In this document: positions 34,085 through 43,922 of the stretch, in pieces
Layout of the letters: each line of letters begins with the position of its first letter
Position numbering within the stretch: the stretch's first letter is position 1
From: an uncultured Gammaproteobacteria bacterium
Lineage (GTDB): Bacteria; Pseudomonadota; Gammaproteobacteria; UBA9214
DNA length: 64,000 nucleotides
Direction: 5' to 3'
Assembly (NCBI GenBank): GCA_963748215.1
Contig: CAVVHS010000009.1
Location: 1-64,000 of the forward strand
Program-made: the position numbers and the translations under genes
Notes under the pieces: generated by a model
Database searches by the model: none
What the model was told of the DNA's origin: nothing
Seen by the model: only the letters and a program-made list of their open reading frames with translations

Positions 34085-34564
34085 ATGAAACTCTATCTCG
34101 CGCAACACGGCCTGGCGCTCAGCAAGGAAGAGGACCCGCAACGTCCGTTGAGCGAAGCCGGCCGGCAAGAGGTCGAGTGCCTGGCACGCATGCTGGGTGC
34201 GGCGGGTGTGCGGGTGCAGCGGGTCTGGCACAGCGGCAAGCCGCGCGCGTTGCAGACCGCGCAGTGCCTGGCGCGGCGGGTAATGCCGCGCGGCGAGGTC
34301 GAGCAGCTTGCCGGGCTCGGCCCGAATGACCCGGTGGCCGAATTCATCGCGGATGCCGATGTCTGGCAGGAAGACACGCTGGTGGTCGGGCACCTGCCGT
34401 TCATGGCGCGGCTGGTGTCGTTACTGTTGCTGCATGATGCGCAGGCCGAGCTGGTCGTCTTCCGGCCGGGTTCCGTGCTGTGCCTGGAGCGCATCGATCA
34501 CGACCGCTGGGTGCTGGCCTGGATGCTGCGACCGGAGCTTTGCAGCAAGGGAAGTACGGCATGA
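34085..34564 (+). CDS. sixA: phosphohistidine phosphatase SixA-like
   Basis: LYLAQHG, RPLS..G, RALQTA, VGHLP. Confidence 0.8.
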   Translation: MKLYLAQHGLALSKEEDPQRPLSEAGRQEVECLARMLGAAGVRVQRVWHSGKPRALQTAQCLARRVMPRGEVEQLAGLGPNDPVAEFIADADVWQEDTLVVGHLPFMARLVSLLLLHDAQAELVVFRPGSVLCLERIDHDRWVLAWMLRPELCSKGSTA

Positions 34565-34806
34565 GCCTGCGCGGTATCGTACCACCGGACCCCGAGACCG
34601 GCGTTTCGCAGGAGCGCTATGCCGTGATCTTCACGCCGCGCCAGAGCCGCAAGCGCTTCCCGGCCGGTTGCGTGGAAATCTTTGCCAGTATGGAAGCCGC
34701 GCTGGCGGCGGCCGATCCGGATAACAAACGGCATGCCGCGCGCGTGGTAGGTCCTTCGAAATCCTCTGAAGGGCAGTTTATCTACTATCTGCTGGAGTGG
34801 CTGTAG
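34561..34806 (+). CDS. hypothetical protein
   Basis: ATGA overlap with the sixA stop; 81 aa. Confidence 0.7.
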   Translation: MSLRGIVPPDPETGVSQERYAVIFTPRQSRKRFPAGCVEIFASMEAALAAADPDNKRHAARVVGPSKSSEGQFIYYLLEWL

Positions 34807-35323
34807 CCGCCGGTTGCAGCTGTCGCAGGAAATCGAGGTAGGCGGGCTGGTCCCAGCTGCGTCCGCCGAGCGCCTGGTACTGAATCCTGCCCTGCGGGTC
34901 CACCAGGTAGGTCGCGGGCAGGCCGCGTGGTTGCCAGGCTTCCGTTGCCAGTCCGTCGCTGTCCAGCAGCGGCACCAGGTCGGGCGCAACCGCCGCCAGG
35001 AAAGTAAACACCTCGTCCCCGGTCTCGGCCGTGTTGACCAGGACGATCTCCAGGCCGGTTTCGCCAAGCAGCGGCAGCATCTTCTGGATGCTCGGCATTT
35101 CGCGGCGGCAGGGGCCGCACCAGCTGGCCCAGAAATGCACGAAGCGCCAGTGGCCGCGGGTGTCGGCGATGTCATACGGCTCGCCGTCGAGATTGTTCAG
35201 CTGCAGCGCCGGTGCCGGGGTACCGTCAACGCGCATGACGCCTGGGGGGAGATCTGCGGCGAGTGTTGCCTGCGGCATTGCCAGCAAGCACAGGGTGCAG
35301 GCGATGCGTGCAAAGGTATTCAC
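34778..35323 (-). CDS. TlpA-family thiol-disulfide oxidoreductase
   Basis: FWASWCGPCRREMP, GLPATY. Confidence 0.9.
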   Translation of the reverse strand: MNTFARIACTLCLLAMPQATLAADLPPGVMRVDGTPAPALQLNNLDGEPYDIADTRGHWRFVHFWASWCGPCRREMPSIQKMLPLLGETGLEIVLVNTAETGDEVFTFLAAVAPDLVPLLDSDGLATEAWQPRGLPATYLVDPQGRIQYQALGGRSWDQPAYLDFLRQLQPAATATPADSR

Positions 35324-35907
35324 GGATTGTCTGCTCCCTTGCTGCAGCGGATGCTGCCGAAGCCGATGCTGATCGGTTCACCCTGCCGCTCGGCGCCGGT
35401 CGGGAACTTTGTCTCGATGGTCAGTGTGTTCGTGTCACCGGGAAACACCAGGTTGCCGCCGACCGGTTCGTCCGGCTGGAGGTCACGCACCGGTGGCAAC
35501 TGGGTCCAGCCAAAGGTGGAGCGGCTCGCCTGGCGCAGGTCTATTTCATTCCACTGTGCACGCCAGTAGCTGTCATCCAGGCGTGTCAGTGGTTTGCCGT
35601 CGCCGGTGAAACGCCACTGGTCGATGTCCAGCCAGATGACGTCCTTGCTCTTGTTCTTGATATGCACGGTCACGAAACAGGTCTGACGGATGCGATCGAT
35701 GGCCGCGTGCGGAAAACCGCGCGCCTCGTAGAAGGCCGCCATCTGTTCGGGAGAGCGCGGTACCAGCACGACCAGCAGCTCATCGTTCTCGATGTACGGT
35801 CCCTGGAAGGCCCGCTCGACCGTCGCAGCGGATGTCCACGGCAGGGTGCCGGGCAGCAGGGTGGCCAGCGAGGACATCAGGACTACATGTCGCAGGGAAG
35901 TTCGCAT
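35320..35907 (-). CDS. exported hypothetical protein
   Basis: signal-like N-terminus; overlaps the TlpA start. Confidence 0.7.
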   Translation of the reverse strand: MRTSLRHVVLMSSLATLLPGTLPWTSAATVERAFQGPYIENDELLVVLVPRSPEQMAAFYEARGFPHAAIDRIRQTCFVTVHIKNKSKDVIWLDIDQWRFTGDGKPLTRLDDSYWRAQWNEIDLRQASRSTFGWTQLPPVRDLQPDEPVGGNLVFPGDTNTLTIETKFPTGAERQGEPISIGFGSIRCSKGADNP

Positions 35908-35978
35908 AGTATTGCAGTATGACCACTGCCGTTGCAGTGCGTTCCGAGTTTGCACAGTTTGCCTGGCAGAGACAAGAC

Positions 35979-36986
35979 ATGCGCAGCCTTATCCTTTGTT
36001 TGCTGTTGACCGTATGGCTGCAGCCCATTCCGCTGCTGGCACAGCCCGGTGCAGTGCGTCCCGTGCATACCTATTCCATCGTGGCGCGCGACCCCGACAC
36101 CGGCGAACTCGGCGTGGCGGTGCAGTCACACTGGTTTTCGGTCGGCACGCTGGTGCCCTGGGCCCGGGCCGGTGTCGGTGCCGTGGCCACGCAGTCCTTT
36201 ATCGACGTGCGCTATGGCATGGAAGGTCTCGACCTGATGGGGAAGGGCAAATCTGCACAACAGGCACTGGACGCCTTGCTGCGTGCCGACCCGACCCCGG
36301 AGGTGCGCCAGGTCGGGATGATCGATGCGCAGGGACGGATCGCCCAGCATACCGGCCGCCAGTGTATCCGGTATGCCGGGCACCTGGCCGGCGATAACTT
36401 CGCGGTGCAGGCCAATCTCATGGCCAGTCCCGGTGTACCCGAGGCCATGGCCGAAGCGTTCCGCGCGGCACACGGTAGTCTCGCGGAGCGCATGCTGGCG
36501 GCGCTGGAAGCGGCACAGGCGAGTGGTGGTGACCTGCGCGGCAAACAATCGGCTGCGCTGCTGGTGGTGCGTGCGCAGGCATCGGAACACCCGTGGCAAG
36601 ATACGCTGGTGGACCTGCATGTCGAGGATCACACCGCGCCGCTGCGCGAGTTGCGACGCCTGTTGACGCTGGACAGCGCCTACGATCACATGAACGAGGG
36701 CGACCATGCGCTGGAACGTAATGACATCGAAGCTGCCCTGGCGCATTATGGCTCGGCAGAAGCGCTGGTGCCCGGCAATGTCGAGATGAGGTTCTGGCAC
36801 GCCATCTCGCTGGTGAATGCGCGGCGGGTCGATGCCGCGCTGCCCGTGTTTGCCGAGGTATTCCGGGTCGACGCCGGCTGGCGTGACCTGGTGCCGCGCC
36901 TGGTCGAGGCGCAACTGCTGGTAGCGGATGCGGCAACGCTGGCACGTATCGAGCGTATGGGTTTGCAAGAGGAGGTGGAGCAATGA
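35979..36986 (+). CDS. DUF1028 (Ntn-hydrolase-like) protein with C-terminal TPR
   Basis: TYSIVARD..GVAVQS, GAVATQS, GGDLRGKQSAAL. Confidence 0.88.
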   Translation: MRSLILCLLLTVWLQPIPLLAQPGAVRPVHTYSIVARDPDTGELGVAVQSHWFSVGTLVPWARAGVGAVATQSFIDVRYGMEGLDLMGKGKSAQQALDALLRADPTPEVRQVGMIDAQGRIAQHTGRQCIRYAGHLAGDNFAVQANLMASPGVPEAMAEAFRAAHGSLAERMLAALEAAQASGGDLRGKQSAALLVVRAQASEHPWQDTLVDLHVEDHTAPLRELRRLLTLDSAYDHMNEGDHALERNDIEAALAHYGSAEALVPGNVEMRFWHAISLVNARRVDAALPVFAEVFRVDAGWRDLVPRLVEAQLLVADAATLARIERMGLQEEVEQ

Positions 36987-37483
36987 AAGCGATGCTGAAT
37001 AAATGTCTGGTCATGATGCCGGCCCTGCTGATCGCCGCAGGCGCCTGTGCGGAGGACGTGGTGCCGTCGCGGCTGCTGGGCCTGGACCTGGCGCGCGATA
37101 TCGCGCAGGGTGCGATCGACGCCTGCCGCAAGGACGGTTACCAGGTGTCGGCCGTGGTGACCGACCGCAGCGGCGATGACGTGGTCGTGATGCGCGACGT
37201 GTTCACCAGCAAGTACATGATGCAGCTGGCGCGCAACAAGGCCAATGCCGTGGTGATGTCGGGTCTGGCCTCCGGCGAGGTGCGCGAGAACATGGCGCGT
37301 ATCCGCGACGAACTCAACGAGCTTGACGGCGTGCTGCTCATCGAGGGCGGGTTGCCGATCAGCGTGGCCGGCTCGATGATCGGTGCCGTGGGTGTGAGCG
37401 GTGCGCCCGGCGGCGACAAGGATGCCGCCTGTGCCCGGCGCGGCCTTGAAGCCGTGCAGGAGCGGCTCGACTTCGCGGACTGA
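36983..37483 (+). CDS. GlcG/HbpS heme-binding protein
   Basis: VVTDRSG, GGLPI..GAVGVSGAPGG..D. Confidence 0.88.
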   Translation: MKAMLNKCLVMMPALLIAAGACAEDVVPSRLLGLDLARDIAQGAIDACRKDGYQVSAVVTDRSGDDVVVMRDVFTSKYMMQLARNKANAVVMSGLASGEVRENMARIRDELNELDGVLLIEGGLPISVAGSMIGAVGVSGAPGGDKDAACARRGLEAVQERLDFAD

Positions 37484-37605
37484 GCCGGTGTTGTGCCTGC
37501 GTGCCATGTCCTGCGGCGGGCGGCTGCGGCTCAAGTTCGTGAACCCCGGGACGATTGATCTGCTATAAGCCGGCACGGGGGGTGCCGGAATACAGGGGGA
37601 CGATC

Positions 37606-37821
37606 ATGAGCAGACATAACGCGGTGCCTTGCGACTGCTGTCAAAAGGCCTTTCACCGACACGCAACACTGGCTTATCTTTACTGCGGCCATAACCGGGT
37701 CATTGTATTCCGTGAGCCGGCCGGTCCGGCCAGGTTCGTACCGGTGCAGTCGACCGATGAGGCAATCCGGATCATTCAGCTGCGTGACTCCCCGGGGGTG
37801 CCTGTCGCAAGGACTGCCTGA
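37606..37821 (+). CDS. small Cys/His-rich hypothetical protein
   Basis: AGGGGGA RBS; CDCC..CGH. Confidence 0.45.
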   Translation: MSRHNAVPCDCCQKAFHRHATLAYLYCGHNRVIVFREPAGPARFVPVQSTDEAIRIIQLRDSPGVPVARTA

Positions 37822-38039
37822 GAGACAAAATCCATGCAGTGTCACAAACGACGGCCATGCGGCCGTCGTTTGCGTTCAGGGGTGTTATCAGGTGTGCCGG
37901 TGTGCTGTGCCTGCGCTGGTGTCCTGTCGGGAGTCGCTGACGGATGACTGTGCGCCGGTATTTGTCCGGCCAGCACGCGGGTGGCTGGATGAAGCATACG
38001 GCGGTGTGTACACTGGCTCTTCCCTGACCAGGAGTGAGT

Positions 38040-38417
38040 ATGGGCGAGCATAATCAGGTGGCCGGGCTGCGCCGTATCTGGAATGCCGGTCTTTATTCTG
38101 CCGCCGGCCTGCGGGCAGCCTGGCGACACGAGGCCGCCTTCCGCCAGGAATTGCTGTTGTGCGTGTTGCTGGTGCCGGCTGCGTTCTGGGTCGGCGGCAA
38201 TGCAACGCAGCGTGCGTTACTGCTCGGCAGCGTTGTGCTGGTCCTGGTCGTCGAGCTGCTCAATTCCGCGGTCGAGGCGACAGTCGATCGCATGGGCGAG
38301 GAGCGGCATCCGCTTGCGGGCCGCGCCAAGGATATGGGTTCTGCAGCGGTATTCATCAGTCTCTGGATGGTGGTGTTGTGCTGGGGGCTGATCATCCACG
38401 AACGCTTCTTCAGCTGA
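38040..38417 (+). CDS. dgkA: diacylglycerol kinase
   Basis: EAAFRQE, ELLNSAVEATVDR, AKDMGSAAV. Confidence 0.95.
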   Translation: MGEHNQVAGLRRIWNAGLYSAAGLRAAWRHEAAFRQELLLCVLLVPAAFWVGGNATQRALLLGSVVLVLVVELLNSAVEATVDRMGEERHPLAGRAKDMGSAAVFISLWMVVLCWGLIIHERFFS

Positions 38418-38452
38418 CAGCAATAGTCGACGGCCGCCCGCCGTGTCGCCGG

Positions 38453-39487
38453 TCAGTCGATGACCAGTACCAGCTTGCCCGTGGTCTGCCCGGATTCCAG
38501 GGCGCGATGCGCCGCGGCGACGGCGTCGAACGGATATTGAGTCACCGCGGGCAGCCGCAGTTTTCCCATGGCCTGCCATTCCAGGATCTGTTGCACGCCG
38601 CGTTGCAGGGTCGTGCCGTGGTCGAACAGGTAGCTCAGGTTGAAACCGAGTACGCTGCGGTTGTGCGTGGTGAGGTCGAACGGGCTGAAGCGCGGCGTGC
38701 GCAACCAGTCCCAGGCCAGGCGCAGGCGCTTCGGAATTCCCCGCCGTGTCTGCAGCATGCTGTGAAAGCCGTACACCACCAGCTTCCCGGTGGGCGCCAG
38801 GTGGCGGTAGCTGGCGCCGAGGGTGGTTACCCCGTTGGCATCCAGCACGACGTGATAGCCATCGGGCGCCAGGCGTTCCGCCTCGCGCCACAGGTTCTGC
38901 GTGGACTTGTCGATGACAGCGTCCGCGCCAAGCGCGGTGACGGTATCCACCTTGTGCGCGGCCCCCACCACCCCGATTACCCGGCAGCCGGCGAGCTTGC
39001 CCATCTGCACCAGCATGCTGCCGACGCCGCCACCGGCTGAATGCACCAGCAGGGTATCGCCGGCGTGGGGATGGGCAAGTTCGAACAGCGCATACCAGGC
39101 AGTCAACGCGACGGTGGGCAGCGCGGCGGCCTCCGCAAAAACCAGCGTGGCGGGCATGGCAAAAACCTGGTGACGGGGGACGGCGAGTTGCGAGGCATAG
39201 CCGTTGAAACGGGTTACGGCTATGACCGGCGTACCGGGAGAAAGATCGGTGATCGACGTGCCGGCGGCGCGGACCGTGCCCGCGACCTCGAAGCCGGGCG
39301 TGACCGGATAGCCGACATAGTGCCGCGCCGAGGCATACAGACCCATGCGTGTCACGCAATCGGCATAGTTGACGCCGACGGCGCGTACGTCGATCAGGAC
39401 CTCGTCGTCCGCCGCCGTAAGATCCGGGTGCTGCTCGACCACCAGCCGGTCGTAGCCGCCGGGTTTGTGGATGACGATTTTTTTCAT
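38453..39487 (-). CDS. MDR-family (VAT-1/quinone oxidoreductase-like) NADPH oxidoreductase
   Basis: GVNYAD, PGFEVAG, HSAGGGVG, GKLVL. Confidence 0.88.
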   Translation of the reverse strand: MKKIVIHKPGGYDRLVVEQHPDLTAADDEVLIDVRAVGVNYADCVTRMGLYASARHYVGYPVTPGFEVAGTVRAAGTSITDLSPGTPVIAVTRFNGYASQLAVPRHQVFAMPATLVFAEAAALPTVALTAWYALFELAHPHAGDTLLVHSAGGGVGSMLVQMGKLAGCRVIGVVGAAHKVDTVTALGADAVIDKSTQNLWREAERLAPDGYHVVLDANGVTTLGASYRHLAPTGKLVVYGFHSMLQTRRGIPKRLRLAWDWLRTPRFSPFDLTTHNRSVLGFNLSYLFDHGTTLQRGVQQILEWQAMGKLRLPAVTQYPFDAVAAAHRALESGQTTGKLVLVID

Positions 39488-39563
39488 GCGCCGTGCGTGC
39501 CTTGCATTGCCACCAACCGCCCCGATACTAGCAGGAGTCAAACAGCTTTATCCGGGGCATGAC

Positions 39564-39748
39564 ATGAGCGCAGGAATTATTCTGATTCTCGCCGGTATCC
39601 TGCTGGTGCTGTTTCCGCCGCTGCTGGCGATTATCGTGGCCACGGTGTTGATCATGGCGGGTGCCTCACTGGTCGTCTTGCCTGGTACGAGCGCAAGCTG
39701 CAGCGGCACTACCGGAACCCGACTATCGAATTCTTCTTCAGGCACTGA
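39564..39748 (+). CDS. small membrane protein (apparent -1 frameshift at ~39678)
   Basis: two TM helices, then AWYERKLQRHYRNPTIEFFFRH* in a shifted frame. Confidence 0.5.
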
Positions 39749-39769
39749 TCCTGCCCTTGCGGGCAGGCA

Positions 39770-40399
39770 TCAGGGTGCCTGTTCAGGCTTGCCCCACAGC
39801 TCTTCCAGGTGCTGGTCGCGGCCGCAACCGTAACGGTAGAACTTGTAACGCAGCGGATTCTTCAGGTAGTAATCCTGGTGGTAGTCTTCCGCCGGGTAGA
39901 AGGTGCTGGCCGCGCTGATACCTGTCACGACCGGTTCCTTGAAGGGCTTCAGTTCCTCCAGCGCTGCCCTTGACTGTTCCGCCAGCTGCTTCTGCTCCGG
40001 GCTGTTATAGAAGATCTCGCTGCGGTACTGGTCGCCCCAGTCGCAGAACTGTCCGTCGGACGTGGTCGGGTCGATGTTGTGCCAGAACACGTCCAGCAGT
40101 TGCGCGTAGCTGATCCGTTGCGGGTCATAGACAACCTGTGTCGCCTCGGCATGCCCGGTACCGCCCCGCGACACTTCCTTGTAGGTCGGGTTTTCCGTGT
40201 GGCCGCCGGTATAGCCCGCGGTCGTGGAGATGACACCGTCGAGTTTGTCGAACGGGAGCTCCATGCACCAGAAACAGCCGCCGGCAAAGACCGCCGTCGC
40301 CGTTTCACTATCCTGGGCGGCGGGGGCGGCGAAGGCGGTAACGGTCAGCACGGCCAGCGGTATCGACAGAAGCCAGCGGCGGAGCGGGAATGGTTTCAT
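39770..40399 (-). CDS. msrA: exported peptide-methionine (S)-S-oxide reductase
   Basis: FAGGCFWC, GYTGG, AEDYHQDYY; signal peptide. Confidence 0.95.
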   Translation of the reverse strand: MKPFPLRRWLLSIPLAVLTVTAFAAPAAQDSETATAVFAGGCFWCMELPFDKLDGVISTTAGYTGGHTENPTYKEVSRGGTGHAEATQVVYDPQRISYAQLLDVFWHNIDPTTSDGQFCDWGDQYRSEIFYNSPEQKQLAEQSRAALEELKPFKEPVVTGISAASTFYPAEDYHQDYYLKNPLRYKFYRYGCGRDQHLEELWGKPEQAP

Positions 40400-40504
40400 G
40401 CGAGTGTCCCAGAAAGCGGTGATGGAGTACTGCTAATGGACAGCAGGCCGGTTTAATCGTTTCAATGAATAATATCCTGCGCTATTACAGCGAGTTGCTG
40501 GAAT

Positions 40505-40531
40505 TTAACGACCATGCATCGAAGCCGATAG
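40505..40531 (+). promoter_or_regulatory. sigma28-like promoter candidate
   Basis: TTAA-N15-GCCGATAG upstream of the ORF at 40567. Confidence 0.45.
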
Positions 40532-40566
40532 CTTAACTGAAGCTATGTAAAACGAGAGGTGCTGCG

Positions 40567-40812
40567 ATGGAAAGTCGTTACCCGAAGCCCGCTGATGTCG
40601 GGATCAGGATACCACCCGCGCTGCAGCAGGAGCGTTTCTGTGCGGGTTTCGAGCATGGCCTGAAGGGCGGTCAGCTGAACCGGATCGAATACATGAAACT
40701 GTCGTTCCGGGAAGGCTTTCGTGCCTCGAGGTTGTACCTGCGCGAGTTGCGCCGCTCACGGGGTATCCTGGAGTTTCCGGCCCGCTGGCGCATCCGCATG
40801 AGCGCTGCATAA
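40567..40812 (+). CDS. hypothetical protein
   Basis: 81 aa, GAGGT RBS. Confidence 0.7.
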   Translation: MESRYPKPADVGIRIPPALQQERFCAGFEHGLKGGQLNRIEYMKLSFREGFRASRLYLRELRRSRGILEFPARWRIRMSAA

Positions 40813-41243
40813 CGACTGCGTGTGCCGCTGGCCACCCTGTGCCGGCGGTTGCCGGTGTTGTCGTTTGCGCATGCGGTGGGCGGGGACAGATAACCCCGCG
40901 TGGCATTTTCCTGGTGCGGAAAGCTTCCATTCGGCCCGGGCTGTCTGGCGAGCGAGCGGATCGACAAGGTCCCGCTGCCGCAGCCACGGCGACCACCGTC
41001 TGAAATGCTGCAGCGTGCAATCCTGTGCGGTTAACGGCATGGGACATACGAGCCGGCGGAACGCGACGCAGTGAATCGGGGTGGCACCAGGTTCGTTCCT
41101 GCCGTGCTGAATGAACTGTGTCATCATATCGCGCATGAACACCTGCAACCGGACGAGCCATTTTCACACGAAAGTTTTCTGCCGGCACGAGCCCGGCCTG
41201 TTGCGGCGCGGCATCCATGTCGCAGGGCAGCAGGGGTTGATGG

Positions 41244-42713
41244 GTGTCTGAACGCCGGCAACTGATCGGGCTGCTGCTCGGGCCGGCGCTGCTGCTGGCG
41301 CTGCTGGCCATGCCGCTGCCGGAGGGCATGACACCGGCGGGCCTGCGGGTCGCCGCCGTGGCGGTGCTGATGGCGGTGTGGTGGCTGACCGAGGCCATTC
41401 CGATCCCGGCGACCGCGCTGCTGCCGGTCATGCTGTTTCCCGTGCTGGGCGTGATGAGCGGCGCCGATATCACGCGTGCCTACGGACATCACCTGATCTA
41501 CCTGTTCCTGGGCGGTTTCCTGATCGCGGTGACCATGGAAAAATGGAACCTGCATCACCGGATTGCCCTGCACACGATCCGCCTGGTCGGCACAACGCCG
41601 CAGCGTATCGTGCTCGGTTTCATGCTGGCCACGGCGTTCCTGTCGATGTGGATCAGCAATACCGCCACCACCATGATGATGGTCACGATCGCCGTCGCTG
41701 TCCTGCACGAGGTGGAAAGCCGGATCGAGCATGCGCCGGGCGAGCTGCGCTTCGGGACTGCGCTGATGCTGGGTATCGGCTATTCCGCCTCCATTGGCGG
41801 TGTCGCGACGCTGATCGGCACACCACCCAACGCCATTTTTGCGGGTGTGGTGGAGCGTACCTACGGCTACACCATCAGCTTCGTCGAGTGGATGGCGTTT
41901 GGCCTGCCGCTTTCGCTGGTCATGCTGGCCGTCACCTGGTTCTACCTGACCCGCGCGGTGTTCCGCAGCGAAACCGGGCCGTTACCGGGCGGTCGCGCCT
42001 TCATCCACGACCAGCTGGAACGGCTGGGTCCCATGTCGCGCCAGGAAAAGCAGGTGGCTGCGGTATTCCTTGCCGTTGCCGTGTTGTGGGTACTGCGCGG
42101 CATCTACCAGCCAGCTGCGCTGCAGCAGGTGGAGGATTCCACCATCGCCATCGCCGGGGCGCTGTTGCTGTTCATGATACCGGTCGACCTGAAACGGGGT
42201 GAGTTTCTGCTCGACTGGAAGACCGCGGTGACCATTCCCTGGGACATCATTATCCTGTTCGGTGGCGGCTTTGCGCTGGCGCAGGGTTTCATTGACTCGG
42301 GACTGACGACGTGGCTGGCGGACCGGCTGGTCGTGCTGCAGGGCATCGACCTGTGGCTGGTGATCGCGAGCGTGGCGCTGCTGGTTATCTTCCTGACCGA
42401 GGTGACCTCCAACACTGCTACCGCCTCGTTGCTGCTGCCCGTCATGGGGGCGCTGGCGGCGGCCATCGAGGTGCATCCCTTCGGGGTGATGGTGGCGGCG
42501 GTGGTGGCAGCCTCGTTCGCCTTCATGCTGCCGGTCGCCACGCCACCGAATGCCATCGTCTTCAGCAGTCGCTATGTGACGATCCTGCAGATGGCAAAGG
42601 CGGGTTTCTGGCTGAACCTGCTGGGCGTGATACTGATTACGGCGTTCGTCTATTTCGTGCTGCCGCGCGTCTGGGGCATCGAGCTGGATACCTGGTCAGG
42701 GGCTATACGTTGA
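41244..42713 (+). CDS. DASS/SLC13 anion:sodium symporter
   Basis: SMWISNTAT, IGTPPN, SNTATA, PVATPPNA. Confidence 0.93.
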   Translation: MSERRQLIGLLLGPALLLALLAMPLPEGMTPAGLRVAAVAVLMAVWWLTEAIPIPATALLPVMLFPVLGVMSGADITRAYGHHLIYLFLGGFLIAVTMEKWNLHHRIALHTIRLVGTTPQRIVLGFMLATAFLSMWISNTATTMMMVTIAVAVLHEVESRIEHAPGELRFGTALMLGIGYSASIGGVATLIGTPPNAIFAGVVERTYGYTISFVEWMAFGLPLSLVMLAVTWFYLTRAVFRSETGPLPGGRAFIHDQLERLGPMSRQEKQVAAVFLAVAVLWVLRGIYQPAALQQVEDSTIAIAGALLLFMIPVDLKRGEFLLDWKTAVTIPWDIIILFGGGFALAQGFIDSGLTTWLADRLVVLQGIDLWLVIASVALLVIFLTEVTSNTATASLLLPVMGALAAAIEVHPFGVMVAAVVAASFAFMLPVATPPNAIVFSSRYVTILQMAKAGFWLNLLGVILITAFVYFVLPRVWGIELDTWSGAIR

Positions 42714-43128
42714 CCTTGGCCAGTACGTGTACGTGGAAGCAGATCTGCTCCAGGAATGCCTGGGTGTCGCGCGCACCGGCGGCGATGTTCATGCGCACCC
42801 GGCCGTCGGAGTGGTCCAGTTCCCCGGCCGCACCGAAAATCTGCCAGCCGGCAAAGCTGGCCACGCCGTCCGTGCGATTGCCGGCCAGGGCGGCGGAGGC
42901 CAGTATATTGATGACCTGTTCATCATTCTCGACGTCGTACTTCCGGCCGATGTCGAAACAGACGATCTCCAGCGACCAGCGCGGGTGGGGCAGGCCGCCG
43001 CAGAGCTCGACCTCGGCCATGCCACTGTGGATGAACAGGCGGTTGGCGCCACCGGGTCCGCTGACGTGAACTTCCATGTCCTGCATGTTTGTCAGGCGCT
43101 TGGGTGTGATGATGTTGGAATAGTCCAT
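42703..43128 (-). CDS. hypothetical protein
   Basis: 141 aa, GGAG RBS, host codon bias. Confidence 0.7.
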   Translation of the reverse strand: MDYSNIITPKRLTNMQDMEVHVSGPGGANRLFIHSGMAEVELCGGLPHPRWSLEIVCFDIGRKYDVENDEQVINILASAALAGNRTDGVASFAGWQIFGAAGELDHSDGRVRMNIAAGARDTQAFLEQICFHVHVLAKVNV

Positions 43129-43223
43129 GCCACTTCTCCGCTGATCGGATTGTCATTCTGGACTCTTATTGGACGATACTTGACTGAATAAGGCAAGTGC
43201 ACCGGCGGGCCGGTGCGGGCGGT

Positions 43224-43559
43224 TCAGGGCTCCGGCTTGCGCCCCGGCGGGTGCAGCGGGAAGGGCATGACCGTGCCGGCCGTGGTCGCACCCTCGATGA
43301 TCCTGTTGCTGCCCTCGCGCTCGACCTCGTCGATGCGTATCACGGACTGCAGCGGAATGTAGGTGCGCTTAACGCCCCGGAACTCGGACTTCAGCCGTTC
43401 CTCGGCAGGATCGACCACGACCGAGCTGCGCTCGCCGAAGATGATGCCCTCGACCTCGACGAAGGCATACATGCTGCCCTGCTCGACGTTGTGCGCGTGC
43501 AGTTCGTAGATGCTGCCCTGGTTGTAAAAGGAGATGCGGTAGATCTTCTGGTCTTTCAT
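43224..43559 (-). CDS. DUF1820 family protein
   Basis: IYRISFYNQG.IYEL, VVVDPAEERLKSEF, VIRIDEV. Confidence 0.85.
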   Translation of the reverse strand: MKDQKIYRISFYNQGSIYELHAHNVEQGSMYAFVEVEGIIFGERSSVVVDPAEERLKSEFRGVKRTYIPLQSVIRIDEVEREGSNRIIEGATTAGTVMPFPLHPPGRKPEP

Positions 43560-43577
43560 CAGATGTCAGGCGACCTG

Positions 43578-43835
43578 TTATTTCCCGACCAGGTGATCGA
43601 GCTTGTCATCCATGTGCATCTCGGTCAGTTCCGTGAAGCCGCCGATGCAAACACCGTCGATGACAATCTGCGGCACACTGCGCGCACCGTTGGTGACGAC
43701 CGAGAATTCGCGCCGGGCCGACATATCCGAATCGATCATCGCCTCGTCATAGGAGATGTTCCACTTGGTCAGCAACTGCTTGGCCTTGTCGCAAAACGGG
43801 CAGCTGGCGGTACTGTAGATCTTGACTCGTGCCAT
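43578..43835 (-). CDS. glutaredoxin (GrxC-like)
   Basis: CPFC, SVPQI, IGGF. Confidence 0.9.
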   Translation of the reverse strand: MARVKIYSTASCPFCDKAKQLLTKWNISYDEAMIDSDMSARREFSVVTNGARSVPQIVIDGVCIGGFTELTEMHMDDKLDHLVGK

Positions 43836-43922
43836 ATGTCAGGGTTCGAAGTGGTTCGTCAAACAGCCGGGATTATACAGGATTCGCGATATGCAGCAGG
43901 GCATCCCGGCGCGTGGCGGCGG

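Noticed and set aside
37531-37557. Additional sigma28 promoter (TCAA-N15-GACGATTG)
   Set aside because: The -10 box has too many mismatches to support the call.
40813-41243. Riboswitch or ncRNA in the long gap upstream of the DASS transporter
   Set aside because: No motif I can recognise; an Rfam search would be needed.
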